64,000 nucleotides of DNA from the human T2T-CHM13v2.0 reference genome, Homo sapiens: assembly GCF_009914755.1 (NCBI RefSeq), contig NC_060928.1. One strand, written 5' to 3'. Shown piece after piece: positions 1-13,154 of this stretch. The notes beneath the pieces are model-generated. The model had not been told where the DNA came from and made no database searches. It was given only the letters and a program-made list of their open reading frames with translations. Position numbers and translations under genes: made by a program. Each line of letters starts with the position of its first letter. Positions within the stretch are counted from its first letter, which is position 1.

Positions 1-364
<364 letters not shown>

Positions 365-448
365 TTACAATGTTTCCTCTCCTTTCATGAAGTCACATGA
401 TCAAAAGAATCTATTTCCTTAAGAGCTGATATTATATTATTCACTTCG

Positions 449-753
<305 letters not shown>

Positions 754-1148
754 ATATTATTCACTTTTCATTGCAAAATCATTTCAATTGTCAGATAATT
801 TAGGTAAAGTATCAGTTAGGGGAAAGTGATTTACTATTCCACATAATTCTTCTTACTTCTTCTTCATAATGTTATATAAGAAAGAAAGAATGAACAACCA
901 CCATCTTTCACTTCCTCTAAAAATTATAGGTAGAGGAAAGTCCAAAACTTTTTAAAAATAGTCTAGAGATGTTTTGTGAAATCCTGTCCTAAAAACATTG
1001 CTGCAATAACTGTGGACTGTATCTGCAAAGCAAAAACAAAGAAACTTTATTACATAATTTTCACAAGTCAAAACAAAAGAAAATCACTAAATTTGAGCCT
1101 ACTGTTCTGGTTTTATCTTTCTCTAATATTTTAAAAATCTATGATATA

Positions 1149-1571
1149 CAGCAATCCCCCCTTATGTGTGATTATGCTTTCTGTGGCTTCAGCTACCCAT
1201 GTTCAACTCTGATTTGAAAATATTAAATAAAAAACTCCAGAAATAAACAATTCATCAGTTTTAAATTGCATGCTTTTCTGAGTAGTGTGATGGAATGTCA
1301 CACTGTCCTGCTTCATCCCACTCTGTCCAGCCCAGGTCCAGAATCATCCCTTTGTCCAGCATATTCACACTACACTACCCAGCTGTTAGTCATTTAGCAG
1401 CAATTTTTCACTATCATATATATATATATGTGTATATATATACACATACACACACACATACATATATATATATAAAAACATGGTATACATAGGGTTGGAT
1501 ACTTTCCAAGGCTTCAGACATGCATCAGGAATCTTGGAACTTGCCTCTGTAGATAAGGGGGGAAACTACTG
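1149..1571 (+). mobile_element. MER44A-like Tigger/TcMar non-autonomous DNA transposon with an internal TA/CA microsatellite
   Basis: Terminal inverted repeats CAGCAATCCCCCCTTAT...GATAAGGGGGGAAACTACTG, flanked by TA dinucleotides (1147-48, 1572-73). The body resembles the MER44 consensus. (TA)n(CA)n lies at ~1415-1473. Confidence 0.8.
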
Positions 1572-1849
1572 TACCCTCAAAAGTTTAAGGTACAGCGCTA
1601 CATGTGCTGTACTCAGGATTTAAGTTGATTTGGCACTAAAGAGATCCATTACTCGAACTTTTTAAAATTAAAAATATCTATTAATGTTGCATCTCTGCTT
1701 CTATTTAATATATACTGCAATCTTCCATAACTATTTGCAACCATCTTAGGAAAGAGATCTTGATAGCTGCTTAAAACTGCAGGTAAAGTAGGCTTTAGAT
1801 AATTCAGGTGTAGAAAATACAACTACTAATAATGTTCCTTGAATTTCTT

Positions 1850-2260
1850 CAATTGACATATGTTTGTTGAATATTTACTACCAGGTAGGTTTTTTTCTAA
1901 GAACACATAGAACTTCAGTGAGTCAAGGGTTCTTACCCACATGAAGCTTACATTCTAGAGGACCAGACACTTTATGAACAAGTAAACAAATAACCAGCAT
2001 AACTTCAGGTAGTGACTACTGCACTGAAGAAAATTAAGCAAAATACTCTAATAGTGAGTGACTGTTGGAAGTCAACATTAAATATAGAAATTGGACAAGA
2101 AATTTCTGAGAAGGGGACATCTAGCTGGACTTATATAAGAAAGAATGAGCCATGCAAACACCTGAAAGAAGAGCACTGAACCAAAAAGAATTAGAAAGTG
2201 AAGAGGTCCCATGGGGAAATCTAATCTGAATTTTTTTAAAAGGCAGGGTAATGGAATCAA
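1850..2260 (-). mobile_element. Degraded L2 3' fragment
   Basis: TTTGTTGAATATTTACTA...ATGAAGCTTACATTCTAG...AAGTAAACAAATAA resembles the reverse L2 3' end. Confidence 0.55.
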
Positions 2261-2577
2261 ATAAGTGATAATGACCGAGTTGGCTTAATGTAAAACATTT
2301 TTGTTTGCTTTAACAAAAAAAATGGTGTTTTTTGTTTTTGTTCTGTTTTTGTTTTTTTGGTTGTTTTTTTTTTTTGTCTTTACTGGTCACTTGGTCAGTT
2401 GTTCTAGGAAATTTGGTGCTGAAAAACTGGACTGTAACTTATTAAGGATGATGTAGATCAGTAAATCTCAAAGTGCTTCTGAAAGTATTTCTGAAACTTG
2501 AATTTACATAGTATTATGTAAAAAATGAAGCTTCTGGTTCAGTAATTACCAATATTCAAGAGGTGGGTTCAGGATTT

Positions 2578-5500
2578 TCTTTTTAAAAAATTTTGGGTTC
2601 AGCGGGTACATGTGCAGGTTTGTTACATGGATATATTGCATAGTGCTGAGATTTGGACTTTTATTGAACATAACATCCAAATAGTGCACATAGTACCCAA
2701 TTGGTAGTTTTTCAACCCTTGCTTATCTCCCTCCCTCCCCACTTTGAGAGTACCCAGTGTCTATTATTGACATCTTTATGTCTGTACGTAACCATTGTTT
2801 AGCTCCTACATATAAGTGAGAACATGAAGTATTTAAATTTCTGTTTCTGCATTAATTCACTTTGGATAATGCCCTCCAGCGGTACCCGTGCTGCTGCAAA
2901 GGGTATAATTTTATTCTTTGTGTGACTGCATAGTATTCCATGGTGTATAAGTAGCATCTTTTCTTTATCCAATCCACCATTGATGGACACCTATGTTGAT
3001 TCCATGTCATTACTATTGTGAATAGTGCTGTGATAAACATATGAGTGCAGGTATCTTTTTGGTAGAATGATTTATTTTCCTTAGTAATAATCATAGTAAT
3101 GAGATGGATAGGTCAAATGGTAGTTCTGTTTTTAGGTCTTTGGGGAATCTCCAAACTGCTTTCCTCAGGGGCTGAAGCAGTTTACATTCCCTCCAACAAT
3201 GTATAAGTGTTCCTGTTTCTCCACATCCTTACCAACATCTGTTATTTTTTCACTTTTTAATAATAGCCATTCTGACTGATGTGAGATGGTATCTCACTGT
3301 TGTTTTAATTTGCATTTCTGTAATGATTAGTGATATTGTGCATATTTTTCTATGTTTGTTGGCTGAGTGTATGCCTTTTGAGAAGTGCCTATTTTTGTCA
3401 TTTGCCTACATTTTAATGTTTTTTTTTTTAAATTTAAGTTCCTTATAGATTCTGGATAGTTGTCCTTTGTCAGATGCAGAGTTTTCAAATATTTTCCCCC
3501 ATTCTGTAGGTTGTCTGTTTACTCTGTTGATAGTTTCTTTTGCTGTGCAAAAGCTCTTTAGTGTAATGAGATCCCACTTGTCTATTATTGTTCTTGTCGC
3601 CATTGCTTTTGAGGTCTGGAAGAAGGAAGAAAAATCTTCCAGACATTGGCCTAGGCAAATAACTTATGACTAAGTTTCTTCTAAGATTTTTATCTTAAAA
3701 GGAAACTTATAACTAAGTTTCTTTCTATGATTTTTATTTTTCTTCTACGATTATAACTAGGTTTTCTTCTAAGATTTTTATCATTTGAAGTCTTATATTT
3801 ATGTCTTTGATCCATCTTGAGTTAATTTTTGTATATGGTGACAGGTACCAGTTCAGTTTCATTCCTCTACAAATGGCTAGCCATCTATCCCAGCACCATT
3901 TATTAAATAGGATGTCCTTTCCTCATTGTTTATTTTTGTTGACTTTGTCAAAGATCAGTTGGCTGTAGGTGTGGAGCATGGTTTCTGGGTTCTCCATTAT
4001 GCTCCATTGATTATGTGTCTATTTTTATACCAGTACTCTGCTGTTTTGTTTACTATAGCCTTATAGTATAGTTTGAAGTCAAATAATATTACCTCTAGCT
4101 TTGTTCTTTTTGCTCAGGGGTGCTTTGGCTATTTGGGCTCTTTTATGGTTCCATATGAATTTTTGAATAGTTTTTTTCTAATTCTGTGAAAAATGACATT
4201 GGTAATTTCATAAGGATTGTGTTGAATCTGGGAACAATGGACATTCTAATGACATTGACTCTTCCAATCCATGAGCATGGAATGTTTTGCCATTTGTTTG
4301 TGTTATCTGTAATTCCTTTCAGCAGTGTTTTATAGTTCTCCTTGAAGAGACCTTTCACTTCCTTGGTTAGATATATTCTTAGGTACTTTATTATTTTTTG
4401 TACTATTGTATATAAATAATAATAATTTTATTATTTTTGTGGCTATTGTACATGAGATTACATTCTTGATTTTGTTCTCTGCTTGAACATTATTGATGTA
4501 TAGAAAATGCTACTGATTTTTGTCCATTTGTTTTGCATCTTGAAACTTTACTAAAGTCATATATTAGATTTAGGAGTGTTTTGGAGGAATCCTCATGGCT
4601 TTCCATGTATAGAAACACATAATCAACAAACAGAGATAATTTGACTTGCTTTTTCCTATTTGGACGCCTTTTGTTTCTTTCTCTTTGCTGACTGCTCTGG
4701 ATAGGACATCCATTATTATGTTGAATAGGAGTGTTGAAAGTGAACACTCTTGTCATATTTCACTTCTTAGGGGGAATTCTTCTAACTTCTGCCCATTTAG
4801 CACAATGTTGGCTGTGGGTTTGTCATAGATAGCTCTTATTATTTTGAAGTATGTTCTTTTAATGCCTATATGGTTGAAGGTTTTTAATCACGAAGGAATA
4901 TTGGATTTGATTACATAATTTTTCTGTGTCTATTGAGATGATCATATAGTTTTTGTTTTTAATTTTATTTACATGATGAATCACATTTATTGATATGCAT
5001 ATGTTGAACTAACCTTGCATCCCAACAATAAAGACTGCTTGATTTTGGTGAATTATCTTTTCGATATGCTGCTGGATTTGGTTTGCTAGTATTTTGTTGA
5101 GGATATTTTCATCTATGCTCATCAGATATATAAGCTTGTAGGTTTTTTATTGTTGTTGTTGTTGTTGTTGTTGTTGTGTCCTTGCCAGATTTGGGTATCA
5201 AAGTAATACTGGTTTGTAGAAAGAGTTAGGGAGGAATCCCTACTCCTTGATTTTTTGGAATAGTTTCATTAGTATTGGTACCAGGTTTTCTTTGTAGGTC
5301 TGGTAGAATTTGCTTGTGAATCTCTCTGGTCCAGGGCTTTCTGTGATTGGTAACATTTTTATTACTGATTCAATTTTGTAATTTATTATTGGTCTGTTCA
5401 GTTTCATTTTCTCTCTGGTTCAATCTTGGAAGGTTGTATGTTTCCAGAAATTTATTCATTTCCTCTAGATTTTCTAGTTTGTTTGTATACAGATGTTCAC

Positions 5501-6540
5501 AGTAGTCTCTGAGAATTTTTTGTATTTCTGTGTGATCAGTTGTAATGTCACCTTTGTCATTTCTGATTGTGCTTGTTTGTAACATTTCTTTTTTCTTTTT
5601 GAATGCAACTAATGGTTTATTGATCTTGTTTATCCTTTCAAAGAACGAACTTTATGTTTCATTGATCCTTTGTATGTTTTTTTTCCAATTTCCTTTAGTT
5701 CTGCTCTAATTTTAGTTATTTCTTTTTTTCTGCTAGTTTTGAGTTTCGTTTGTCTTGTTTTTGTAGTTTGTTATGTTGTTAGCTTGATATCTTTCTAACT
5801 TCTTGATGTAGGCTTTTAGCTCTATAAACTCTCCTCTTAACATTGATTTGGCCATATCCCAATATCACAAATGTTTTGGTATGTTGTGTTTTGATTTTCA
5901 TTTGTTTCAAATTTTTTTGATTTCTGTGTTAATTTTGTTGTTTACCCAAAAGTCATTCAGGAGTGAGTTATTTAGTTTCCATGTATTTGTGTAGTTTTGA
6001 GAGTTCCTCTTGGTATTGACTTCTATTTTTATTCCACTCTTATATGACAAGATGATTCGTAAGATTTTTATTCTCTTGAATTTATTGAGACTTGCTTTAT
6101 GACTGAACATGTGGTCAGTCTTAGAGTATGTTCCACGTGCAGATGAGAAGAAAGTATTTTCTGTGGTATTTGGGTGGAGTATTCTGTAGATGTCTATTAT
6201 GTTCATTTGGTAAAATATCAAATTTAAGTCCAGAATTTCTTTTGAAGTTTTCTGCCTCTGTCTAATGTTGTCAGGGGGGTGTTGAAGTCACCCACTATTA
6301 TTGAATGGCTGTCTGTCTCTTCTCTTAAGTCTAGTAGTAATTGTTTTATAAATCTGGATACTCAAATGTTGGCTGCATGTGTATTTAGGATAATTAAATC
6401 TTCTTGTTTAATTGAGCTATTTATGCTCAACTTTAATATTGATATGTGAAGTTTTCGTTCAGTAATAGTGTTGTTATCCAGTTGCTTTGTAGTCTCAATT
6501 GTGTAGTTGCTCTATGAGATCTATGGGCTTTTTACCTTTA
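2578..6540 (-). mobile_element. 5'-truncated primate L1 (L1PA15/16-L1PB class), broken ORF2 plus 3' UTR
   Basis: Several minus-strand ORF fragments are L1 ORF2-like ([50 protein letters not shown]). The 3' UTR reads GGGTACATGTGCAGGTTTGTTACATGG. Frameshifts and stops occur throughout. Confidence 0.92.
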
Positions 6541-6805
6541 TCATGGGAGTGGGTTAGTCATCTCACAAGTGGGCTGCTGATAAAAGTATAAAGATTAGGC
6601 CTCTTTCTCTCTGTCTCAAGCACACATTTCCTCATCATGTGGTGTCATCTGCCATGTTATGATGCATCAAGAAGGCCCTCACCATAAATGTATACCCTCA
6701 ACTTTGGACTTTCTAGCCTCTAGAACAACTAGCTAAATAAAGCTCATTTCATAAATTACCCAGTCTGTGGTATTCTATGATAGCAGTAGGAAACAGACTA
6801 AGACA
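6541..6805 (+). mobile_element. MST-type MaLR LTR, 3' part
   Basis: GGACTTTCTAGCCTCTAGAAC...AATTACCCAGTCTGTGGTATTC...AACAGACTAAGACA is a typical MST LTR terminus. Confidence 0.8.
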
Positions 6806-7645
6806 CTGGTATAAATGCAAAATGGTACAGATATTTTGGAATACAATTTGATAATTTAATATACAAGCAAACACACTCTTCTAATACAATCCAGCAATCA
6901 TACTCCCTGAGTTTATACAAAAGAGTTAAAGCTTATCTCCACATAAAAACCTGTGCATGATGTTTGTAACAGCTTTTTTTTTCATAATTTCCGAAACTTG
7001 GAAGCAACCAATATGTCCTTCAGTAGGTGAATGGATAAGTAAACTGTGGTACATCCAGACAATGGAATATTATTCAATGCTAAAAAGAGATGCTCTATTA
7101 AGCCATTAAAAGACAACCAGAAAATGGAACATCATTTAGTTATAAAAATATATGATATAATAAGCCATGAAAGAACATAGAAAAAATTTAAAAGCATGTT
7201 ACTGAGTGACATACCCTGAAAAGGTATATACTGTATGACTATGATTCCAACTGTTTGACATTCTAGGAAAAACGAAACTAGAGAGACAGTAAAAAGATTT
7301 GTGATTGTCAGGGGTTAAGGGGAAGGGGAGGATGAGTAGGCAGAACATAAAGGAATTTGGGGACAGTGAAACTATTCTGTATGATACTATAATGGTGGAT
7401 GTATGTCAAAGCCCATAGAATATATAACACCAAGAGTGAACCCTATTGTAGCCTACACACTTTGGTGGACAATGGTATATCAATGTAGATTCATGGGTTG
7501 TAACAAATTTACCACTCTGGTGGAGGATATTAATAATGGAGGAGGCTATGCATGTGTAAGGGCAGGGGGTATATGTGAGATCTGTTTCTTTCTGATTTGC
7601 TGTGAACCTAAAACTGCTCTAAAAGGTTGTTAATTTAAAAAAAAA
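6806..7645 (+). mobile_element. L1MC1-like 3' end
   Basis: ACTATTCTGTATGATACTATAATGGTGGAT...CCAAGAGTGAACCCTA...GCTGTGAACCTAAAACTGCTCTAAAA, followed by an A-tail. Confidence 0.8.
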
Positions 7646-8318
7646 ATTCAAGAAACAACAGATGCTGGCAAAGTTAGGGAGAAATAGGAACACCTTTACA
7701 CTGTTGGTGGAAATGTAAATTAGTTCAACCATTGTGGAAGACAGTGTGGTGATTAGTCAATGATCTAGAACCAGAAATACCATTTTCTCCAGCAATCCCA
7801 TTACTGGGTATATATGCAAAGGAATGTAAATCATTCCATTATAAAGATACATGCACGTGTATATTCATTGCAGCACTGTTCACAATAGCAAAGACATGGA
7901 ATCAACCACAGTGCTCATCAATGATAGACTCGATAAACAAAATGTGGTGCATATACACCATGGAATACTATGCAGCCTTAAAAAGGAATGAGGTCATGTC
8001 CTTTGCAGGGACATGGATGGAGCTGGAAGCTCTTATCCTCAACAAACTAACACAGGAGCAGAAAACCAAACACATCTTCTCATTTATAAGTGGGAGCTGA
8101 ACAATGAGAACACATGGACAGAGGGAAGGGAACAACACACACTGGGGCTTGTTGGGAGGTGAGGCAGAGGGAGAGCATTAGGAAAATTAGCTAATGCATG
8201 CTTGGCTTAATACCTAGGTGATGGGTTGATAGATGTAGCAAACCACTGTGGCACACATTTCCCTATGTAACAAACCTGCACATCTTGCACATGTACCCCA
8301 GAACATTAAAAAAAAAAG
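7646..8318 (+). mobile_element. L1PA 3' end (truncated insertion into the L1MC tail)
   Basis: ORF2 C-terminus and 3' UTR ending AACCTGCACATCTTGCACATGTACCCCAGAAC, then poly(A). Confidence 0.88.
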
Positions 8319-8356
8319 TCAATGACTTGAAAAGCACATTAAAGAGTTAGATGAGT

Positions 8357-8660
<304 letters not shown>

Positions 8661-9709
8661 CGATACAACTGAATTCAAGTGTGAACATTTTTTGATATGA
8701 AAATAAAACATTTGTAATAGAAATTTGAGGAACAATTTCAACATTAACTATAAACTAGTTAGTTGATAGGAAATTATTAATATTTTTGGTCTGAAAATAT
8801 ATTTTGGTTATGTATGAGAATGCCCTACATAGACATTTATGCATTTGCTCTTAATTCAAAGAATTAAAGTTTTAAGATGTTTCCAAGTTATTTGCAACTA
8901 AATCAGATAAATTATAACATTCATAAATGGAAAGCAAATATTTTAAAATATCAAGAATTATTGAATGTCGGTAAGTGAGGAGTAAACAGATGTTCATTGT
9001 GTGAAATTGTTTATAGTAAGAACTTGGAAAAAAACAAACAATAAGATGAAGCATTAATATGGAACAGTATTTTTAGTGGTGGAATTACAGGTACTTTATT
9101 TTTACTTTTCAGCACTGTTCATTTTTATAGTACTTTTAAATTATCATTCAATCATTTTAAATTTAGTTTATCTTCATTCAACATATTAGTCATTCAACAT
9201 TTTAATACTTTTATCCCTTCCACCATAAATATACAATAAATAATTTGCTTTGAAAAGATGATGAATCAGTGCTCTCATTTTTTCTCATGCAACTAAGATG
9301 TGCTTCAGTGATACTAATTTGTAAATCAATATGACAGGAGACTTCAGGTAGATCCTAAAATAATTCTCCCCTTCAACATGGGTTTCTATTCTTTGGAATG
9401 TTAGCTAGATAATGACCCTAAAGACCTTCTAACAAAAATTATGCGTTACTTACAGAGATGTTACCAAAACCTGTTGTTAGAATTAAAAACCAAACATGGA
9501 AAAAAATGATTCTAATAATTGTCTACATAGTTTGACTCTTCAGGCAGACATTTGTCAGGTCAGCTTTAATTAGGCCAGAATCCAGCAGGAAATTACATGG
9601 TGCACCAGGTTTATCATTGCTTAAGTTGCTGTTGTCATCTTTATTTGAGGCTGTCTTCAGCCAGGCTTTCCCCATAACAAGCCAGCAACAAAAGCATCTT
9701 TTAAAGTAA

Positions 9710-10783
9710 CTTTTTAAATATTTTGAAGTTGTTTCAGATTTTCAGAAAAATTGTGACACTAGTTCAGATTGTTCAAATGCATCCTACACCCAGCTTCTCA
9801 TATTTTTAACATTTACATTACTATGGTATCTTTGTTGCAATTAATGAACCGATATTGATATATTATCATTAACTGAAGTCCATACTTTATTCAGATTTCC
9901 TAAGATTTAATCTAAAGTCCTTTTCTGTTCCAGGATCCCATACAGAATATCACGTTACATTTAGTCATCATCATGTTTCTTTATATTTCTTTGACTGTAA
10001 CAGTTGATCAGAATTTTCTTATTTTTCATGAGCTTGGCAAAAGTACTGGTGAATTACTTTGCAGAATTACTTTGGAGTTGTCTAATGTTGTTCCTATTAT
10101 TAGAGTGGGGTTATGGGTATTTTGGCAGAAGACCACAGAGGTCAGGTGTTATTTTATCATATCTTATCAAGAACAAATGCCATCGACATGAGTTTTTTGT
10201 TAACTTTTTGGATTTTTCACATATTCATGTCAATTATAAAGAAGGATGATTTCATTTTTTTCTTCCCAATCTGTATATCTTTTATTTCCTTTTCTTATGT
10301 TATTAAATAAGCTAGGACTTATATAATATATTGAATATGAAGTAGGGAGAGAGGACATTCTGGTTTTGCTCCTGATCTCAGAAACATATCCAGTTTCTTA
10401 TACTTAAATATGATATAGTCTGTAGGCTTTTTGGTAGTTATTCTTTATCAGACTGAGGAAGTTCTTCTTCATTAGTTTGCTGGGACTTTTCATCATTAAT
10501 GGGTGATGTATTCTGTCAATTACTTTATCTGCATCAATTGATAGGAATATATAATTTTCCTTCTTTATCCTGTTGATATGTTGGATTACATTGAGGGATA
10601 TTTTGTTGTAGATCAAGCATTGCTAGTACTATTTTAGTAGGAATAAGTCTTACTTGGTAATGGCGTATAAATCACATTGTTGGATTTGATTTGGTAATAT
10701 TTTGTTGAGGATTTTTGTGTTTGAGTTTATTAAATATATTGGTTTGGAGCTTTTTCTGTCTCGCAGTGTCTTTATCCAGTTTC
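9710..10783 (-). mobile_element. Old L1M element (L1MC/MD-like 3' end plus ORF2 RT remnant), first part
   Basis: The minus ORF NVIQHINRIK...LSIDADK is L1 RT-like. The sequence resumes colinearly at ~13155. Confidence 0.75.
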
Positions 10784-11032
10784 GTGGGTGCCTAACAACC
10801 CACAGTGTCAATTAAAATGCTAGTGTGAAATTAAATAACAAAGAGGTGCTCTCTGAATGAAAAATATATTTATTTGGGAGTAGAACATTTCAATGGAAAT
10901 AACTTCTGCTATAGTATACTATGTGCACATTTAGGTAAGTAAATTGAAACCTTTACCTTAACCAACAACTATAAAAAAGACTCACATCCCAATTATGTAA
11001 AATCATCTATCACATGCGCCTTTACCATCAAC

Positions 11033-12372
11033 ATTTTTTATTATTTATGGTTATTATTTTTATAATTTCAGCATTTATTTTAGATTCAGGGGGTACATAT
11101 GCAGGTTTGTTACCTTGGTGTGTTGCATAATGTTGAGGTTCAGGGTACAATTGATCCTGTCTTCCAGGTAGTGAGCATAGTAACCAGTAGGCAGGTTTTC
11201 AATCCTTGCCTGCCCCTGCCCTCTGGTAGTTCTCAGTGTCTATTGTAGCCAACTTCATGTCTATGTGTATTGAATGTTTAGCTCCTACATATAATTGACA
11301 GCATGTGGTATTTGATTTTCTGTTTCTGTGTTAATTTTCTTAGAAAAATGTCCTCCAGCTGCATCCATGTTGTTGCAAAGGACATGATTTCATTTTTTGT
11401 CACGGATAGTATTCCATGTATTCCATGGTATATATGTACCTCATTTTCTTTATCCAGTCCACTCTTGATGGGCATCTTGGTTGATTCCATGTCTTTACTA
11501 TTGTGAAAAGTGCTGTGATAAGCATACAAGTACAAGTGTCTTTTTGGTAGAATTATTTATTTTCCTTTGGATATATTCCCAGCAACGGGATTTCTGGCTC
11601 ATTTTGCTTTAAGTTATTTGAGAAGTCTCCAAACTGCTTTCCACAATGGCTAAACTAATTTACATTTCCACCAACAGTATGTAAGTGTTCTCTTTTCTCA
11701 GCAGCCTTGCCAGCATCTGATGTTTTTTGACTTTTTAATAGCCATTCTGACTGGTGTGAGATGGTATCCAGTAGTTATTTTTTGTTTTTGTTTTTGTTTT
11801 TTTCTTTGAGACAGAATCTGGCTCTGTTGCCCAGGCTGGAGTGCAGTAGTGCATTTCAGCTCACCGCAACCTCTGCCTCCTGGGTTCAAGTAATTCTCGT
11901 GCCTCAGCCTCCCAAGTGGCTGAGATTACAGATATGCACCACCATACCCAGCTAATGTTTTGTATTTTTAGTAGAGACAGGGTTTCACCATGTTGGCCTG
12001 GCTAGTCTCAAACTTCTGATCTCATGAGATCCACATGCCTTGGCCTCCAAAAGTGCTGGGATTACAGGCATGAGCCACTGTGCCCAGCCTAGTTTCTAGT
12101 AGTTTTGATTTGCATTTCTGTGATAATTCACGATGACAAGCGTGTCTTTCATTTGTGTTTTGCCACTTGTATGTCTTCTTTTGAAAAGTATATGTTCATG
12201 TATTTTACCCACTTTTTAATAGGGTTATTTGATTTTTGCTTGTTGAATTGTGTAAGTTCCTTTTATATCCTGGATATTAGACCTTTGTCAGTTTATAGTT
12301 TACAAATATTTTCTCCTATTCTGTAGGTTGTCTATTTACTTAGTTAATAGTTTCCTTTGCTGTGCAGAAGCA
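11033..12372 (-). mobile_element. L1PA15/16-like 3' fragment interrupted by an Alu
   Basis: T-rich tail followed by GGGGTACATATGCAGGTTTGTTACC. ORF2 C-terminal remnant (YHLTPVRMAIKKSKN). Confidence 0.85.
11777..12089 (-). mobile_element. AluS inserted in L1
   Basis: Reverse Alu with a (TTTTTG)n tail. AGTAGTT is repeated on both sides as a probable TSD core. Confidence 0.92.
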
Positions 12373-12570
12373 CAGAAGCGGACATGCTTGCAGTGGTATT
12401 TTTTTGTGAAAGGTTGCAGTGGCCTCTGTGCAAAGTTAAGATTTTTGCAGAGTATTTTACAATACTTTTTGTTAATAGGCATATAAGCATAAGAATCTTC
12501 TCTTCGTAATCTTTCCTGGTTCTATCTGTCAGGTTTTTAAAAATTCCATGTTGATTCTGAAAATTTTCAC

Positions 12571-13154
12571 ACTAGAAAGACTCAAATAACTTAGAATAAC
12601 TGTCATACTCACACTTATGGTTTATTACAGTAAAAAGGATACAGATTAAAATCAGCAAAGGAAAAACATGAATGGAGGAAGTCCAGGAGAAACAAGGCAG
12701 AAGCTTCCATGTTTCCTCTCCCAGTGAAGTCATGTGGAGAATACTTAATTCTCCCAACGATGATGTTTGATAACACATGAAATTTTGTCAACAAGGTAGC
12801 TCACTTGAGTCTTGATGTTCAGGGATTTTACTGGAAGGTAAGATATGTAGGCATGCAGCCCCTGTGTGACTACTTAGTCTCCACCCCTGAGAGGCAAGTC
12901 TTATACAGTGTGGCCCTGGACATCAGGCATATAAAAACAAACATTTACCATAAATTATAATAGTAGAATAAACCATCTGCCCAAACTCATACAGCATAAC
13001 CAGGACTTCTACATCCAATCATAGTCTTATCAGACAGGCTCAGAAATTATCTCCCAGTATCTGACAACAACCTGTCCTCCTGATGACGATCCTTTCTTTG
13101 GAATGTGCAAGGTTTGGGCAGTTCTGGCTTGCTGAGTTAACCCTTTACTGAACA
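12571..13154 (-). mobile_element. MER21-like (MER21C) LTR
   Basis: TATGGTTTATTACAGTAAAAGGATACAGATTAAAATCAGCAAAGG...GCTGAGTTAACCCTTTACTGAACA resembles MER21. Confidence 0.75.

Larger units (their letters stand above)
10806..12570 (-). mobile_element. MER67-like ERV1 LTR, split by an L1 insertion (pieces ~10806-11030 and ~12375-12570)
   Basis: Termini TGTCAA... and ...GATTCTGAAAATTTTCACA. The reverse complement TGTGAAAATTTTCAGAATCAACATGGA resembles the MER67 start. Confidence 0.6.

Noticed and set aside
2799-6221. L1 ORF2-like peptides as an active retrotransposon or gene
   Set aside because: They are fragmented by many stops and frameshifts, and there is no ORF1 or 5' UTR.
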